From Dissulfurirhabdus thermomarina (GTDB lineage: Bacteria > Desulfobacterota > Dissulfuribacteria > Dissulfuribacterales > Dissulfurirhabdaceae): a DNA stretch of 32,000 nucleotides. The stretch spans positions 137,243-169,242 of the forward strand of contig NZ_JAATWC010000004.1 in assembly GCF_012979235.1 (NCBI RefSeq). Reading direction: 5' to 3'. The notes under the pieces are model-generated. The model saw only the letters and a program-made list of their open reading frames with translations. It ran no database searches and was not told the DNA's origin. The stretch's first letter is position 1; each line of letters starts with the position of its first letter. A program made the position numbers and the translations under genes. This document shows, in pieces, positions 14,450 to 22,964 of this stretch.

Positions 14450-14765
14450 GCCGCCGAGGACACGGCACACGGATGCCGCGGAACCGGGCGGAGCTGGATA
14501 CGCCGCCATGACGAGGGCGTCCGGAGTGCCGCCGCAGCCCACGACTTTTGGCGACGTCATCAAGAGAGATGGCCGCTTAAAACGGCCAATCGGAAAAAAT
14601 CGCCACCTGCACAGCGCGAGGATGGATAGGCGAGAATCGCCGAGGACAAGGCGCGACCATCGCGAGGAACGAGGCCTTCCCGGAGACTCCGGGGAGGCCG
14701 AGGGGTTTGAAGCACCGCCGCCGAGCGCCCCGCTTGGCGATTGTCGCCACGCCATCGGCGCCATC
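14450..14765 (+). repeat. Mosaic intergenic repeat, locus 3: 5'-truncated A-type unit (to 14561) plus B-type unit (14568-14765)
   Basis: ...CCGCAGCCCACGACTTTTGGCGACGTCATC is followed by GATGGCCGCTTAAAACGGCC...GCGAGAATCGCCGAGGACAAGGCGCGACCATCGCGAGGAACGAGGCC...GCCGAGCGCCCCGCTTGGCGATTGTCGCCACGCCATCGGCGCCATC. Contains a 13-bp hairpin at 14673-14699. Fills nearly all of the nadK / peptidase spacer. Confidence 0.8.
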
Positions 14766-14766
14766 G

Positions 14767-17430
14767 TCAGGGGCCGACCCGGACCAGGACGTAGGCGTCG
14801 GGGTCGAGCAGCCGCCGGGCCACGGCCTGCACCGCGGCGGCGTCCACCCGCCGGATCTCCTGGACGTAGCGTTCCCCGAAGTTGTAGCCCAGCCCGTAGA
14901 GCTCGTTGAGCGCCAGGTCCATGGCCTGGGCCCCGTTGGTCTGGAGACCGATCTCGTAGTTGCCGGTGATCCACTCCTTGGCGCGGTCCAGCTCCTGCCG
15001 GGAGACCGGCGCGCGGGCCACCTCCAGGAGCTCGGCCCAGAGGGCCTTCACGGCCGCGTCCCGCTTTCCGGGCGCCGTGGCGATGTAGCAGGCGAAGGAG
15101 CCGTAGTCCACGCCGAGGCCCACGAAGGAGGTCACGGCGTAGGCGAAGGACTGCTCGTCGCGCAGGTGGCGGAAGAGGCGCCCTCCCTGGCCGGAGAGCA
15201 CGGCGCTCAGGACCTCGAGGGGGAATCGATCCGGGCTCCGGAAGGTGGCGCCCGGAAAGCCGAGCACGATGTGGACCTGCTCCTTGTCGCGCTTCAGGGT
15301 CACGGTCCGGGGCTTGGTGAGGGGCTCCGGCGCCGGGAGCTCGGGGGGCGGCTTCTCCGCCCCGCCGCCCCACCCCCCGAAGAGGGCCTCCACCTCGGAG
15401 AGCACCTCGGCGGTACGGACGTCACCCACGATGGAGAGCACGCCCCGGGACGGAACGGCGAATTCCCGGTAGGCCTTTCGCAGCCGTGCGGCGGTCACGG
15501 CCCGGACCACGGCCGGGCGCCCGACGGGGTCGAGCCCGTAGGGATGGGGGCTGAAGAGGAGGCGGCGGAACTCGCGGATGGCCACACTGGGGAGGTAGTC
15601 CTCCTGGCGGCTGATCTGGGAGAGGATCTGGGGCCGGAGCCGCTCCACCTCCTCCGGCGAGAAGGCCGGGGCGAGCACCGCCTCGGCGAAGAGGGAAAGG
15701 CCCTTGTCCAGCCCGCTCGCCAGGAAGTCGGCCTGGAGCCCGAAGGTGTTCCACCCGGAGAACCCGCTGACGGACCCGCCGAGCCGTTCCACCGCCTCGG
15801 CGAAGCCGCGGGCGCTGCGCCCCTCGGTCCCCCGCGTCCAGCACCGGGCGAGATAGGTGAAGAGCCCGTTGGTGCGCTTCGTCTCGTAGCGGGTCCCGCC
15901 GGGGAAGACCAGCCGAACGGAGACGGAGGGCACCTCGTGGGCCTCCCGCACCAGCACGGTGAGCCCGTTGGGGAGGACGCGGCGTACCACCGGGTGGGCC
16001 AGGCCCTCCTTCGGGGCCGGCCCCTCGGCCCGCACCCGGTCCTCGGCGTCGGCGGCCAGCGCCCCGAGATCCGCGGCGGAGAGGGCGGGGACGTCGGCCC
16101 CCTTGGGAAGCACCATGGCCACGTTGAGGTGCCGGCGGCGGAAGTACTTCTCGGCCAGGCGGCGGATGTCGTCCGGGCCCACCCGGTCCACGGCCTCGAG
16201 GTAGCGGCGCTCGGCCGCCGGGTCGCCGGCCAGGGTCTCGAAGAGCCCGAGGTTGCGGGCCTCGCCCTGCATGGTCTCGTGGTCCTTGACGAAGTCGGTT
16301 CGGACCCGGACCTTGGCCCGCTCCACCTCTTCGTCGAGGACCTTCTCGGACTTCAGCCGGAAGAGCTCTTCGAGGAGGCGGGAGAGGGCCTCCGGGACCT
16401 TCTCGGGATCCAGGGCCGCTGTGACCTCGAAGAGCCCGGGGCCGGCGGGGGTGAAGGCGGAGGCGTCCACGGCGTGGACCAGCTGGTCCCGGTCCCGGAG
16501 GCGCACGTTGAGGCGTGAACTCTCCCCGTCGGCCAGCAACGCCGCCAGTACGTCGAGGGCCGGGACGTCCGCCGCGTTGAAGCCGGGGATACCGGAAAAC
16601 CCGAGGGCCAGGTAGCCCTCCTGGATGTCCATCTCCTCGCGGGCCAGGCGCGGCTCGGCCTGGGGCAGCTCGTCCGGGATGGACGCCTCGGCCGGGGGGG
16701 CGGCGGGCGCCCGCCCGAAGGCGGCGTCGATCCGGGCCAGGGTCCGGGCGGCGTCCACGTCGCCGGCCACCACCACGGCCATCTGGGAAGGCCGGTAGCG
16801 CCGGGCCCGGTAGGCCAGGATGTCCGCCCGGGTGAACCGCCGGACCGTCTTCGGGAAGCCGATGACCGGCCGTCGGTAGGGGTGCACCCGGTAGGCGGTG
16901 GCCAGGAGCAGCCGGGAGAGCCGGGTGCGCGGCTGGTCCTCGCGCATGTGGATCTCCTCGAGCACGACCTTCTTCTCCCGCTCCAGCTCCGCCGGGTCGA
17001 ACTTGGCGTGGAAGACGGCGTCGGCCAGGACATCCAGGGCGGCGTCGAGGTGTTCCCGGGGCACCACGCAGTGGTAGACCGTATAGTCGAGGGAGGTGTA
17101 GGCGTTGATACTGCCGCCCACGGACTCGATCAGGCGGGCCAGTTCCCCGGGGCCGCGCCGCTCGGTCCCCTTGAAGATCATGTGCTCGATGAGGTGGGTG
17201 ATCCCGGCCTCGGCGTCGGACTCGTAGGCGCTGCCGGCCTTGACCCACACCTGGACCGCCGCCACGGGGGCCCGGCGGCTCTCCTGGACCACGGCGGTCA
17301 GGCCGTTGGCGAGACGCACCTTCTCGACCCCCGGCATGACCTCAAGACCCCAGGCGGCGGGGGCCGCGGCCAGCAGCCCCGCTGCCAGCACCACCCCCGC
17401 CGATACGCGACACCAGCATGGAAGGTTCAT
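14767..17430 (-). CDS. Secreted M16-family (pitrilysin/insulinase-like) zinc peptidase, duplicated (two M16 active/inactive domain pairs)
   Basis: 887 aa from ATG 17430. Signal peptide is MNLPCWCRVSAGVVLAAGLLAAAPAAWG. Has an HLIEH (HxxEH) zinc motif in the first half. The second half repeats the fold without HxxEH. Confidence 0.85.
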   Translation of the reverse strand: MNLPCWCRVSAGVVLAAGLLAAAPAAWGLEVMPGVEKVRLANGLTAVVQESRRAPVAAVQVWVKAGSAYESDAEAGITHLIEHMIFKGTERRGPGELARLIESVGGSINAYTSLDYTVYHCVVPREHLDAALDVLADAVFHAKFDPAELEREKKVVLEEIHMREDQPRTRLSRLLLATAYRVHPYRRPVIGFPKTVRRFTRADILAYRARRYRPSQMAVVVAGDVDAARTLARIDAAFGRAPAAPPAEASIPDELPQAEPRLAREEMDIQEGYLALGFSGIPGFNAADVPALDVLAALLADGESSRLNVRLRDRDQLVHAVDASAFTPAGPGLFEVTAALDPEKVPEALSRLLEELFRLKSEKVLDEEVERAKVRVRTDFVKDHETMQGEARNLGLFETLAGDPAAERRYLEAVDRVGPDDIRRLAEKYFRRRHLNVAMVLPKGADVPALSAADLGALAADAEDRVRAEGPAPKEGLAHPVVRRVLPNGLTVLVREAHEVPSVSVRLVFPGGTRYETKRTNGLFTYLARCWTRGTEGRSARGFAEAVERLGGSVSGFSGWNTFGLQADFLASGLDKGLSLFAEAVLAPAFSPEEVERLRPQILSQISRQEDYLPSVAIREFRRLLFSPHPYGLDPVGRPAVVRAVTAARLRKAYREFAVPSRGVLSIVGDVRTAEVLSEVEALFGGWGGGAEKPPPELPAPEPLTKPRTVTLKRDKEQVHIVLGFPGATFRSPDRFPLEVLSAVLSGQGGRLFRHLRDEQSFAYAVTSFVGLGVDYGSFACYIATAPGKRDAAVKALWAELLEVARAPVSRQELDRAKEWITGNYEIGLQTNGAQAMDLALNELYGLGYNFGERYVQEIRRVDAAAVQAVARRLLDPDAYVLVRVGP

Positions 17431-17457
17431 GTCCACCCCCTGAACGACGCATGGATT

Positions 17458-17773
17458 GATGGCCCCGTAAAAAGGCCTCTGGATGGATGGCCAAGCAAGA
17501 TGCAAAGCGCGAGGATATCGAGGAACAAAGAGCACTTAGGCACGCCGCAATGACGAGGACATCCGAAACAATGCCACAGTTGGTGACTTTTTGCGACGCC
17601 ATCAAGAAATCGCCGCCTCCCGTGAACAGAGTCCCGGCATCGGCACGGACGGCGAAGCGAGAACCGCCACGGACGAGACGCGGCCACCGCGAGGAACGAG
17701 GCGCACCGAACTCCGCCGCAACGACGCGAGCATCCGGGGCATCACGGCCGCCCAGGCGTTTTGCGACGCCATC
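17458..17773 (+). repeat. Mosaic intergenic repeat, locus 4: tandem A-type (17458-17603) plus variant unit (17604-17773)
   Basis: Both units end in TTTTGCGACGCCATC. The first starts GATGGCCCCGTAAAAAGGCC. The second shares the core GCGAGAACCGCCACGGACGAGACGCGGCCACCGCGAGGAACGAGGCG with loci 3, 6 and 7. Confidence 0.85.
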
Positions 17774-17840
17774 ACGAATTTATCTGGAATTTCCAATAGT
17801 CATATATGGAGAACCGAATGAATGCCCATTCATGCCGGGC

Positions 17841-17869
17841 TTGACACGCCCTATATATTTTGGTAGAGA
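17841..17869 (+). promoter_or_regulatory. Putative sigma70-type promoter of the YTD cluster
   Basis: TTGACA (17841-17846), a 17-nt spacer ending in TGG (extended -10-like), then TAGAGA (17864-17869). The local sequence is AT-rich (CTATATATTTTGG). Confidence 0.4.
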
Positions 17870-17960
17870 CGAACCGTTTCCTTCGGGGAAAGCCGCCGAA
17901 ACACCGGTGTTTCCCGGTCACCGGGTCCTTCAAGGGTAACCTTCTTGCAGGGGGGATGCA

Positions 17961-19154
17961 ATGAGTACCATTTCAGACAAGGTCAAGGAAGTTTACGAGG
18001 GCTTCTTCAAGAAGACGTGGTCCCCCATGACCGGCGGCATCCTGCTGGCGGTCCTGGCCATCTACATGTTCGCCTGGCACCGCCCGTGGGGCATCGTGGG
18101 CGGCCTCCGGAACTGGGGCGACTGGGTCCTCTACTCCCTGGGCCTCCTCGACCTCGACGAGGCGCCGGCCCATCCTCTCTTCTACTCGTCGTCGGTCATG
18201 GACCTCGGGCTGCTCGCCGGGGCGTGGATCTCCGCCGTCATCGCCAAGGAGTTCGCCATCCGGATCCCGCCGATGTTGGAGATCTGGAAGGGCCTCGTGG
18301 CGGGTATCCTCATGGGCATCGGCTCGGCCCTGGCCTTCGGCTGTAACGTGGGCGGGTTCTACAGCGCCCTCCAGAACCTCGCCGCCAACGGCCTCACCAT
18401 GATGGTGGGCCTCATCATCGGGGTCATCATCGGGCTCAAGTACCTCTACTGGGAGATGGAGCACCTCACCCCCGGCCCGGCCGGCCCCACCTGGCTCGAC
18501 AAGAAGATCCCCGCCGTGGTCGGTTTCATCGCCTTGGCCGCCCTCATCTGGGCCGCCTACGCCTACGGCGGCTCCGACATGGAAGACGCCGACCTCATGC
18601 CCGGCTACCTCCTCATCGGCGCCGGCATCGGCTACGTCTTCCACCGCAGCCGCCTCTGCATGGTGAACGGCTTCCGCGAGCCCTTCATGACCGGCGAGGC
18701 CGCCATGGGCAAGGCCGTGGCCGTCAGCGTCATCATCGGCACCCTGGGCATCGCCATCATGAAGTACATGGACCTCCGGCCCGAGGGCATGTACGTGGTG
18801 CCCGCCTTCTGGTGGGGCTCCCTGGTGGGCGGCATCGTCTTCGGCGCCGCCATGGTGGTGGCCGGCGGCTGCGGCAGCGGCTCCCTCTGGCGGGTGGCCG
18901 AGGGCCAGGTGAAGCTCTGGGTGGTGGTGATCGCCTTCGCCCTCAGCAACTCCGCGGTCCGCTACTGGTTCGACCAAAACGACTGGCTCTACACCAACGA
19001 CGAGTACACCGTCGGCATGCTGGGCAAGGCCATCTACCTGCCGGACTACCTGGGCTACGGCGGCTCCATCCTGCTGGTCATCGCCGCCATGCTGGTCTGG
19101 TATATCGTGATCGACTGGAACGAGGACAGCAACAAGCTGGTCATCGAAATGTAG
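17961..19154 (+). CDS. yeeE: YeeE/YedE-family sulfur-compound (thiosulfate-type) transporter
   Basis: 397 aa polytopic membrane protein. Conserved Cys-containing half-helices (LAFGCNVGGF; VVAGGCGSGSLW) are characteristic of YeeE/YedE. Confidence 0.85.
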   Translation: MSTISDKVKEVYEGFFKKTWSPMTGGILLAVLAIYMFAWHRPWGIVGGLRNWGDWVLYSLGLLDLDEAPAHPLFYSSSVMDLGLLAGAWISAVIAKEFAIRIPPMLEIWKGLVAGILMGIGSALAFGCNVGGFYSALQNLAANGLTMMVGLIIGVIIGLKYLYWEMEHLTPGPAGPTWLDKKIPAVVGFIALAALIWAAYAYGGSDMEDADLMPGYLLIGAGIGYVFHRSRLCMVNGFREPFMTGEAAMGKAVAVSVIIGTLGIAIMKYMDLRPEGMYVVPAFWWGSLVGGIVFGAAMVVAGGCGSGSLWRVAEGQVKLWVVVIAFALSNSAVRYWFDQNDWLYTNDEYTVGMLGKAIYLPDYLGYGGSILLVIAAMLVWYIVIDWNEDSNKLVIEM

Positions 19155-19223
19155 GACGAGCGGAGGCAACCGGGCACATCCCCTGCCCAGAATTCGACAC
19201 ACAAGATCGAAAGAGGAGGAGAC

Positions 19224-19481
19224 ATGAGCGACTACAAGAAAGCACCCGACGGTCTCACGGTGGCGCGGACCCTCGACGCCAAGGGGCTCAGCTGCCCCAT
19301 GCCGCTCCTTCGGACCAAGAAGGAGATCGAGAAGATCAACTCCGGGGAGATCCTCGAGGTCCTCGGCACCGACCCGGGCTCCCGCAACGACATCCCCGGC
19401 TGGTGCGAGCGGGCCGGGCACGAGTACCTCGGGGAGAAGGAAGACAGCGGCTTCATCCGCTTCTACGTGAAGAAGAAGTAG
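19224..19481 (+). CDS. tusA: TusA/SirA-family sulfur carrier protein
   Basis: 85 aa. Has the canonical LDAKGLSCPMPLLRTKKEI (CPxP) motif and a strong RBS (AGAGGAGGAG). Confidence 0.9.
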   Translation: MSDYKKAPDGLTVARTLDAKGLSCPMPLLRTKKEIEKINSGEILEVLGTDPGSRNDIPGWCERAGHEYLGEKEDSGFIRFYVKKK

Positions 19482-19538
19482 TCACCATCCGCCGGCGGCC
19501 GAAACGCGGCCGGCACAACCAACGGGAGGACACATCGG

Positions 19539-19871
19539 ATGTCTGCCGATCCGAACAAGCTGGGAATCTTCGTCACCTCCCCGCAGCACATGGACCATCT
19601 CATCGGGATCGCCCATGCCGCCGTGCGGGCGGGGAAGAAGGTCATGGTCTTCCTGACCTTCAAGTCCGTCCACCTCACCAAGCACAAGGACTTCATCAAG
19701 CTGGCCAACCTCTGCGACGTCGGGGACCTCGCCATCTGCGCCGACAGCTACACCTGCGAGGGCTACGACCCGGAGGCCGACATCCCCAAGGGCCTGGTCC
19801 CCTCCCAGATGCGGACCCAGGCCTACCACGGGGCCGTTCTCGAGGAGTGCGGCAAGTACCTGGTGCTCTAG
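19539..19871 (+). CDS. DsrE/DsrF-like sulfur relay family protein
   Basis: 110 aa. N-terminus KLGIFVTSPQHMDH... has the fold pattern of DsrE-like proteins, with a conserved Cys region (AICADSYTCEGY). Position after tusA matches the YTD arrangement. Confidence 0.65.
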   Translation: MSADPNKLGIFVTSPQHMDHLIGIAHAAVRAGKKVMVFLTFKSVHLTKHKDFIKLANLCDVGDLAICADSYTCEGYDPEADIPKGLVPSQMRTQAYHGAVLEECGKYLVL

Positions 19872-19887
19872 AGGAGGAGCTATCATC

Positions 19888-20226
19888 ATGGCATCCAAGA
19901 AGATCTACATACTCCTGCCGAACCGCATGTACGCCGGCGACGGGGTCCGCTCCGCCCTCGGCCAGGCGGTGGAGAATCACTACGCCTACCCCGTCTTCAT
20001 GCACGGCGAGTACCCTCGCTTCAGCGAGTACGTCACCGAGAACATCGATTGGATCAAGGACATGGAGGGAGACGTCCTGAACGTGGGCGGCGAGCCCCCC
20101 GAGGGCGTCGAGCTCACGAGCCTCACCCTCGAGGAACTCGGCGAGCGGCTTCGCGAGGCGGACGTCATCATCCCCTACGGTCTCAAGAAGCAGACCAAGG
20201 CCCCGCCCCCGGCCTGCGCGGACTAA
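19888..20226 (+). CDS. Conserved hypothetical protein (fourth gene of a YTD-type cluster)
   Basis: 112 aa. Strong RBS (GAGGAGGAG) and tight spacing after the DsrE-like gene. No recognised motif. Confidence 0.6.
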   Translation: MASKKIYILLPNRMYAGDGVRSALGQAVENHYAYPVFMHGEYPRFSEYVTENIDWIKDMEGDVLNVGGEPPEGVELTSLTLEELGERLREADVIIPYGLKKQTKAPPPACAD

Positions 20227-20239
20227 GGAGGACCGTCCC

Positions 20240-20431
20240 ATGAGCGAAGAAAAACCCATGAAGATCCTGCACGTCTACCGTTCCGAGCCCTCCGACGACG
20301 TGAAGACCCTGGTGAACATCCTGAACCGGGACCGGGAGGCCAAGGAATTCAAGCTCTACCTGGGAAAGCCCAACTACGACATGCTGGTCCAGATGATCTT
20401 CGACGCCGATCAGACCGTCAGTTGGTGGTAA
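20240..20431 (+). CDS. Conserved hypothetical small protein (fifth gene of a YTD-type cluster)
   Basis: 63 aa. Strong RBS (TAAGGAGGA). Followed by a terminator. Confidence 0.6.
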   Translation: MSEEKPMKILHVYRSEPSDDVKTLVNILNRDREAKEFKLYLGKPNYDMLVQMIFDADQTVSWW

Positions 20432-20453
20432 CCCCCTGCCACCTCGCTCACCG

Positions 20454-20494
20454 GGGCCCGGCCTTCCACGTGAAGGCCGGGCCCTTTCTCTTCC
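20454..20494 (+). terminator. Rho-independent terminator of the YTD cluster
   Basis: Perfect 13-bp stem GGGCCCGGCCTTC / GAAGGCCGGGCCC with loop CACGT, followed by TTTCTCTTCC. Confidence 0.8.
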
Positions 20495-20503
20495 CCGGAG
20501 GGT

Positions 20504-20532
20504 TTGACACCTCCGCCGCGATCGGGTAACAG
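20504..20532 (+). promoter_or_regulatory. Putative sigma70-type promoter of the nitroreductase gene
   Basis: TTGACA (20504-20509), a 17-nt spacer, then TAACAG (20527-20532). About 50 nt upstream of GTG 20583. Confidence 0.35.
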
Positions 20533-20582
20533 GGACGTGACGGGCCGTTCCGGCCCGCCGCCACAGGGAAAGGAACCGTCCC

Positions 20583-21089
20583 GTGCACCCCGTCCTCCAG
20601 GCCATCCGCGAACGGCGAAGCGTCCGGCACTTCCGGCCCGATCCCGTGGACCCCGAGACGGTGCGCCAGATCCTCGAGGCCGGCGCCTGGGCCCCCTCCG
20701 GGCTGAACAACCAGCCGTGGCGCTTCGCGGTGGTGCGGGACGGGGCCACGCGGGAGGCCCTGGCGGCACTCACCCGCTACGCCCGGGTGATCCGGGAGGC
20801 GCCGGTCCTCTTGCCCGTCTTCGTGGACCGGTCGGTCATGTACCACGAGGTGAAGGACCACCAGGCCGTGGGCGCCTGCCTCCAGAACATGTTGCTGGCG
20901 GCCCATGCCCTGGGCCTGGGGGCGGTCTGGCTGGGCGAGATCCTGAAGAACGCCGACCGGGTCCGGGAGATCCTGGGCCTGGAGCCGAACCTCGAACTCA
21001 TGGCCGTGGTGGCCGTGGGACACCCGGCCCGGCGGGACCAGGCCTCCACCCGGCGGCCCCTGTCCGAGCTGGTGGTGAAGGAGATCTGA
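20583..21089 (+). CDS. Nitroreductase-family flavoprotein
   Basis: 168 aa. Contains RRSVRHFRPDPV, APSGLNNQPWRF and LGAVWLG motifs typical of the NADH/FMN nitroreductase family. GTG start. Confidence 0.8.
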   Translation: MHPVLQAIRERRSVRHFRPDPVDPETVRQILEAGAWAPSGLNNQPWRFAVVRDGATREALAALTRYARVIREAPVLLPVFVDRSVMYHEVKDHQAVGACLQNMLLAAHALGLGAVWLGEILKNADRVREILGLEPNLELMAVVAVGHPARRDQASTRRPLSELVVKEI

Positions 21090-21128
21090 TGACGGCGCCG
21101 CGGGAATCACCAAGCGGGGCGCTTGGTG
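21088..21128 (-). repeat. Stand-alone hairpin end-module of the mosaic repeat family (locus 5)
   Basis: GATGACGGCGCCGCGGGAATCACCAAGCGgggCGCTTGGTG is the reverse complement of the R2 module seen at 5262-5300, 14720-14765 and 28809-28850. It has a 9-bp stem and overlaps the nitroreductase stop codon. Confidence 0.7.
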
Positions 21129-21168
21129 GTTCCGGCCGAACCGTCCACTTCTGGAAGGAGTCCCTGTC

Positions 21169-21651
21169 ATGACGAAGATGCGTGAACCGGCTGCTTCCCC
21201 CCGCCTCCTCCCCTTTCTGGCCGCGGCGATCCTGGCCCTCTCCGGCTGCGCCCGGCTCACCGGCGGCGACGCGGCCGCTCCCGGCGACACCGGCGAGCCG
21301 GGCGCCCGGCCGCTCCCGGCGGCCCCCCAGGTGACCTACGAGTTCCCCGACCTCCCCTTCCCGGTGGAGCTCGAACGCGTCCCCGGCGACAGCATGATGA
21401 GCCGGACCCCGGACTTCCAGGGCGGCCTCCTGGTACTCCAGGGGCGGGTGACCCCGAAGTCCCTGGTGGAGTTCTTCGCCAAGACCCTTCCGGAGCACGG
21501 CTGGAAGCAGGTGGGCTCCCTCTACCACAGCCGGAGCCTCCTCGCCTTCACGAAACCCGGTGACGCCTTCTGCTTCATCCAGATCTCCGAGCCGCGGCTG
21601 AGCCTCCAGACCCGGGTGGAGATCTGGGTGAACGAGCCGCGGTCGCAATAG
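21169..21651 (+). CDS. Lipoprotein of unknown function
   Basis: 160 aa. Signal peptide with lipobox LALSGC. No catalytic motif recognised. Confidence 0.65.
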   Translation: MTKMREPAASPRLLPFLAAAILALSGCARLTGGDAAAPGDTGEPGARPLPAAPQVTYEFPDLPFPVELERVPGDSMMSRTPDFQGGLLVLQGRVTPKSLVEFFAKTLPEHGWKQVGSLYHSRSLLAFTKPGDAFCFIQISEPRLSLQTRVEIWVNEPRSQ

Positions 21652-21667
21652 GCCGCCCCCCGCGTCC

Positions 21668-22909
21668 ATGACCGGCCCCGGCGATACCGACCGCTGCCCC
21701 GCCTGGCGCCCCCTGGAGGGCCGGACCGTGGTCTTCGGCCTCACGGGGGGCATCGCCGCCTCGAAGGCCGTGGAATACGCCCGGGGGCTGCGCGGCCTCG
21801 GGGCCCGCGTCGTTCCCGTCCTGACCCCCGCCGCGGTGCACTTCGTGACCCCCCTGGCGGTCGCGGCCCTCACCGGCGAGCGGGCCCGGACCGACCTCCT
21901 CGATTCCCGAGACGCCGCCGAGGTACCCCACATCCGGCTCGCCCGGGAGGCGGACATCGTGGTGGTGGCGCCGGCCACGGCGGACTTCATGGCCAAGGCC
22001 GCCGCGGGCCTGGCGGACGATCTCCTCGGTGCCGTCCTCCTCTCCACCCGGGCCCCGGTGCTCTTCTGCCCCTCCATGAACCCGGCCATGTTCGACCACC
22101 CGGCCACCCGGGCCAACATCCGCCGCCTCGAGTCCTTCGGCCACCAGGTCCTCGAGCCCGGCGAGGGCGGCACCGCCTGCGGCGAAGAAGGCCGCGGCCG
22201 CCTGGCCGCCTGGCCCGCCTTCGAGGACGCGGTCCTCGCCTGCCTGGCCCCCAAGGACCTGGCCGGCCTCGCCGTGCTGGTCACCGCCGGCCCCACCCGC
22301 GAGCCCCTGGACCCGGTGCGTTACCTCTCCAACCGCTCCTCCGGTCGGATGGGCTTCGCCATGGCCCGATCGGCCCGGCGCCGGGGCGCCGACGTGACCC
22401 TGGTGGCCGGCCCCACCACGGAACCGCCGCCCCCCGGCATCCCTTGCCACCGGGTGGAGACCGCCGCCGAGATGGCGGAGCGGGTCTTCTCCCTCGCCCC
22501 GGCGGCGGACGTCATCGTCATGGCCGCGGCGGTGAGCGACTTCGCCCCTTCGGCGCCGTCGGACCGGAAGATCAAGAAGTCGGACACCGAGCACCTGGAG
22601 CTCCGGCTGGAGCGCACCACCGACATCCTCGCGGACCTCTCCCGCCGCCGGCGCCCCGGCCAGACCCTCGTGGGCTTCTGCGCCGAGACCCACGACCTCG
22701 AGGCGGAGGCCAGGGAAAAGCTCCGGCGCAAGGGCCTCGACCTCCTGGTGGGCAACGACGTCACGGACCCCGAAAGCGGCTTCGACGTCCCCACCAACCG
22801 GGTCGTCCTGGTGGACCCGGAGGAACGGGTGGAACATCTCCCCCTCATGCCGAAGACCGCCGTGGCCGAGGCGGTCTGGGACCGGATCGCCGCCCTGCGC
22901 CGGGTCTGA
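21668..22909 (+). CDS. coaBC: Bifunctional phosphopantothenoylcysteine decarboxylase / phosphopantothenate-cysteine ligase
   Basis: 413 aa. Has an N-terminal flavoprotein domain (VVFGLTGGIAASKA, PAMN..M) and a C-terminal CoaB domain (VTAGPTREPLDPVRYLSNRSSGRMG). Confidence 0.9.
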   Translation: MTGPGDTDRCPAWRPLEGRTVVFGLTGGIAASKAVEYARGLRGLGARVVPVLTPAAVHFVTPLAVAALTGERARTDLLDSRDAAEVPHIRLAREADIVVVAPATADFMAKAAAGLADDLLGAVLLSTRAPVLFCPSMNPAMFDHPATRANIRRLESFGHQVLEPGEGGTACGEEGRGRLAAWPAFEDAVLACLAPKDLAGLAVLVTAGPTREPLDPVRYLSNRSSGRMGFAMARSARRRGADVTLVAGPTTEPPPPGIPCHRVETAAEMAERVFSLAPAADVIVMAAAVSDFAPSAPSDRKIKKSDTEHLELRLERTTDILADLSRRRRPGQTLVGFCAETHDLEAEAREKLRRKGLDLLVGNDVTDPESGFDVPTNRVVLVDPEERVEHLPLMPKTAVAEAVWDRIAALRRV

Positions 22910-22914
22910 CCGGC

Positions 22915-22943
22915 TTGACAGCCCGCCCGCCCCTCACTACCTT
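22915..22943 (+). promoter_or_regulatory. Putative sigma70-type promoter
   Basis: TTGACA (22915-22920), a 17-nt spacer, then TACCTT (22938-22943). 22 nt upstream of ATG 22965, which would give a very short leader. Confidence 0.3.
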
Positions 22944-22964
22944 TCAACTGCACCGGAGGGGCCC

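Noticed and set aside
14707-17248. Long ORFs 14707..16518 (+), 15422..17248 (-) and 16353..17033 (-) inside the M16 peptidase gene
   Set aside because: These are alternative frames of a gene with an HxxEH motif and a signal peptide. Their composition is Gly/Arg/Pro-biased, which indicates non-coding frames.
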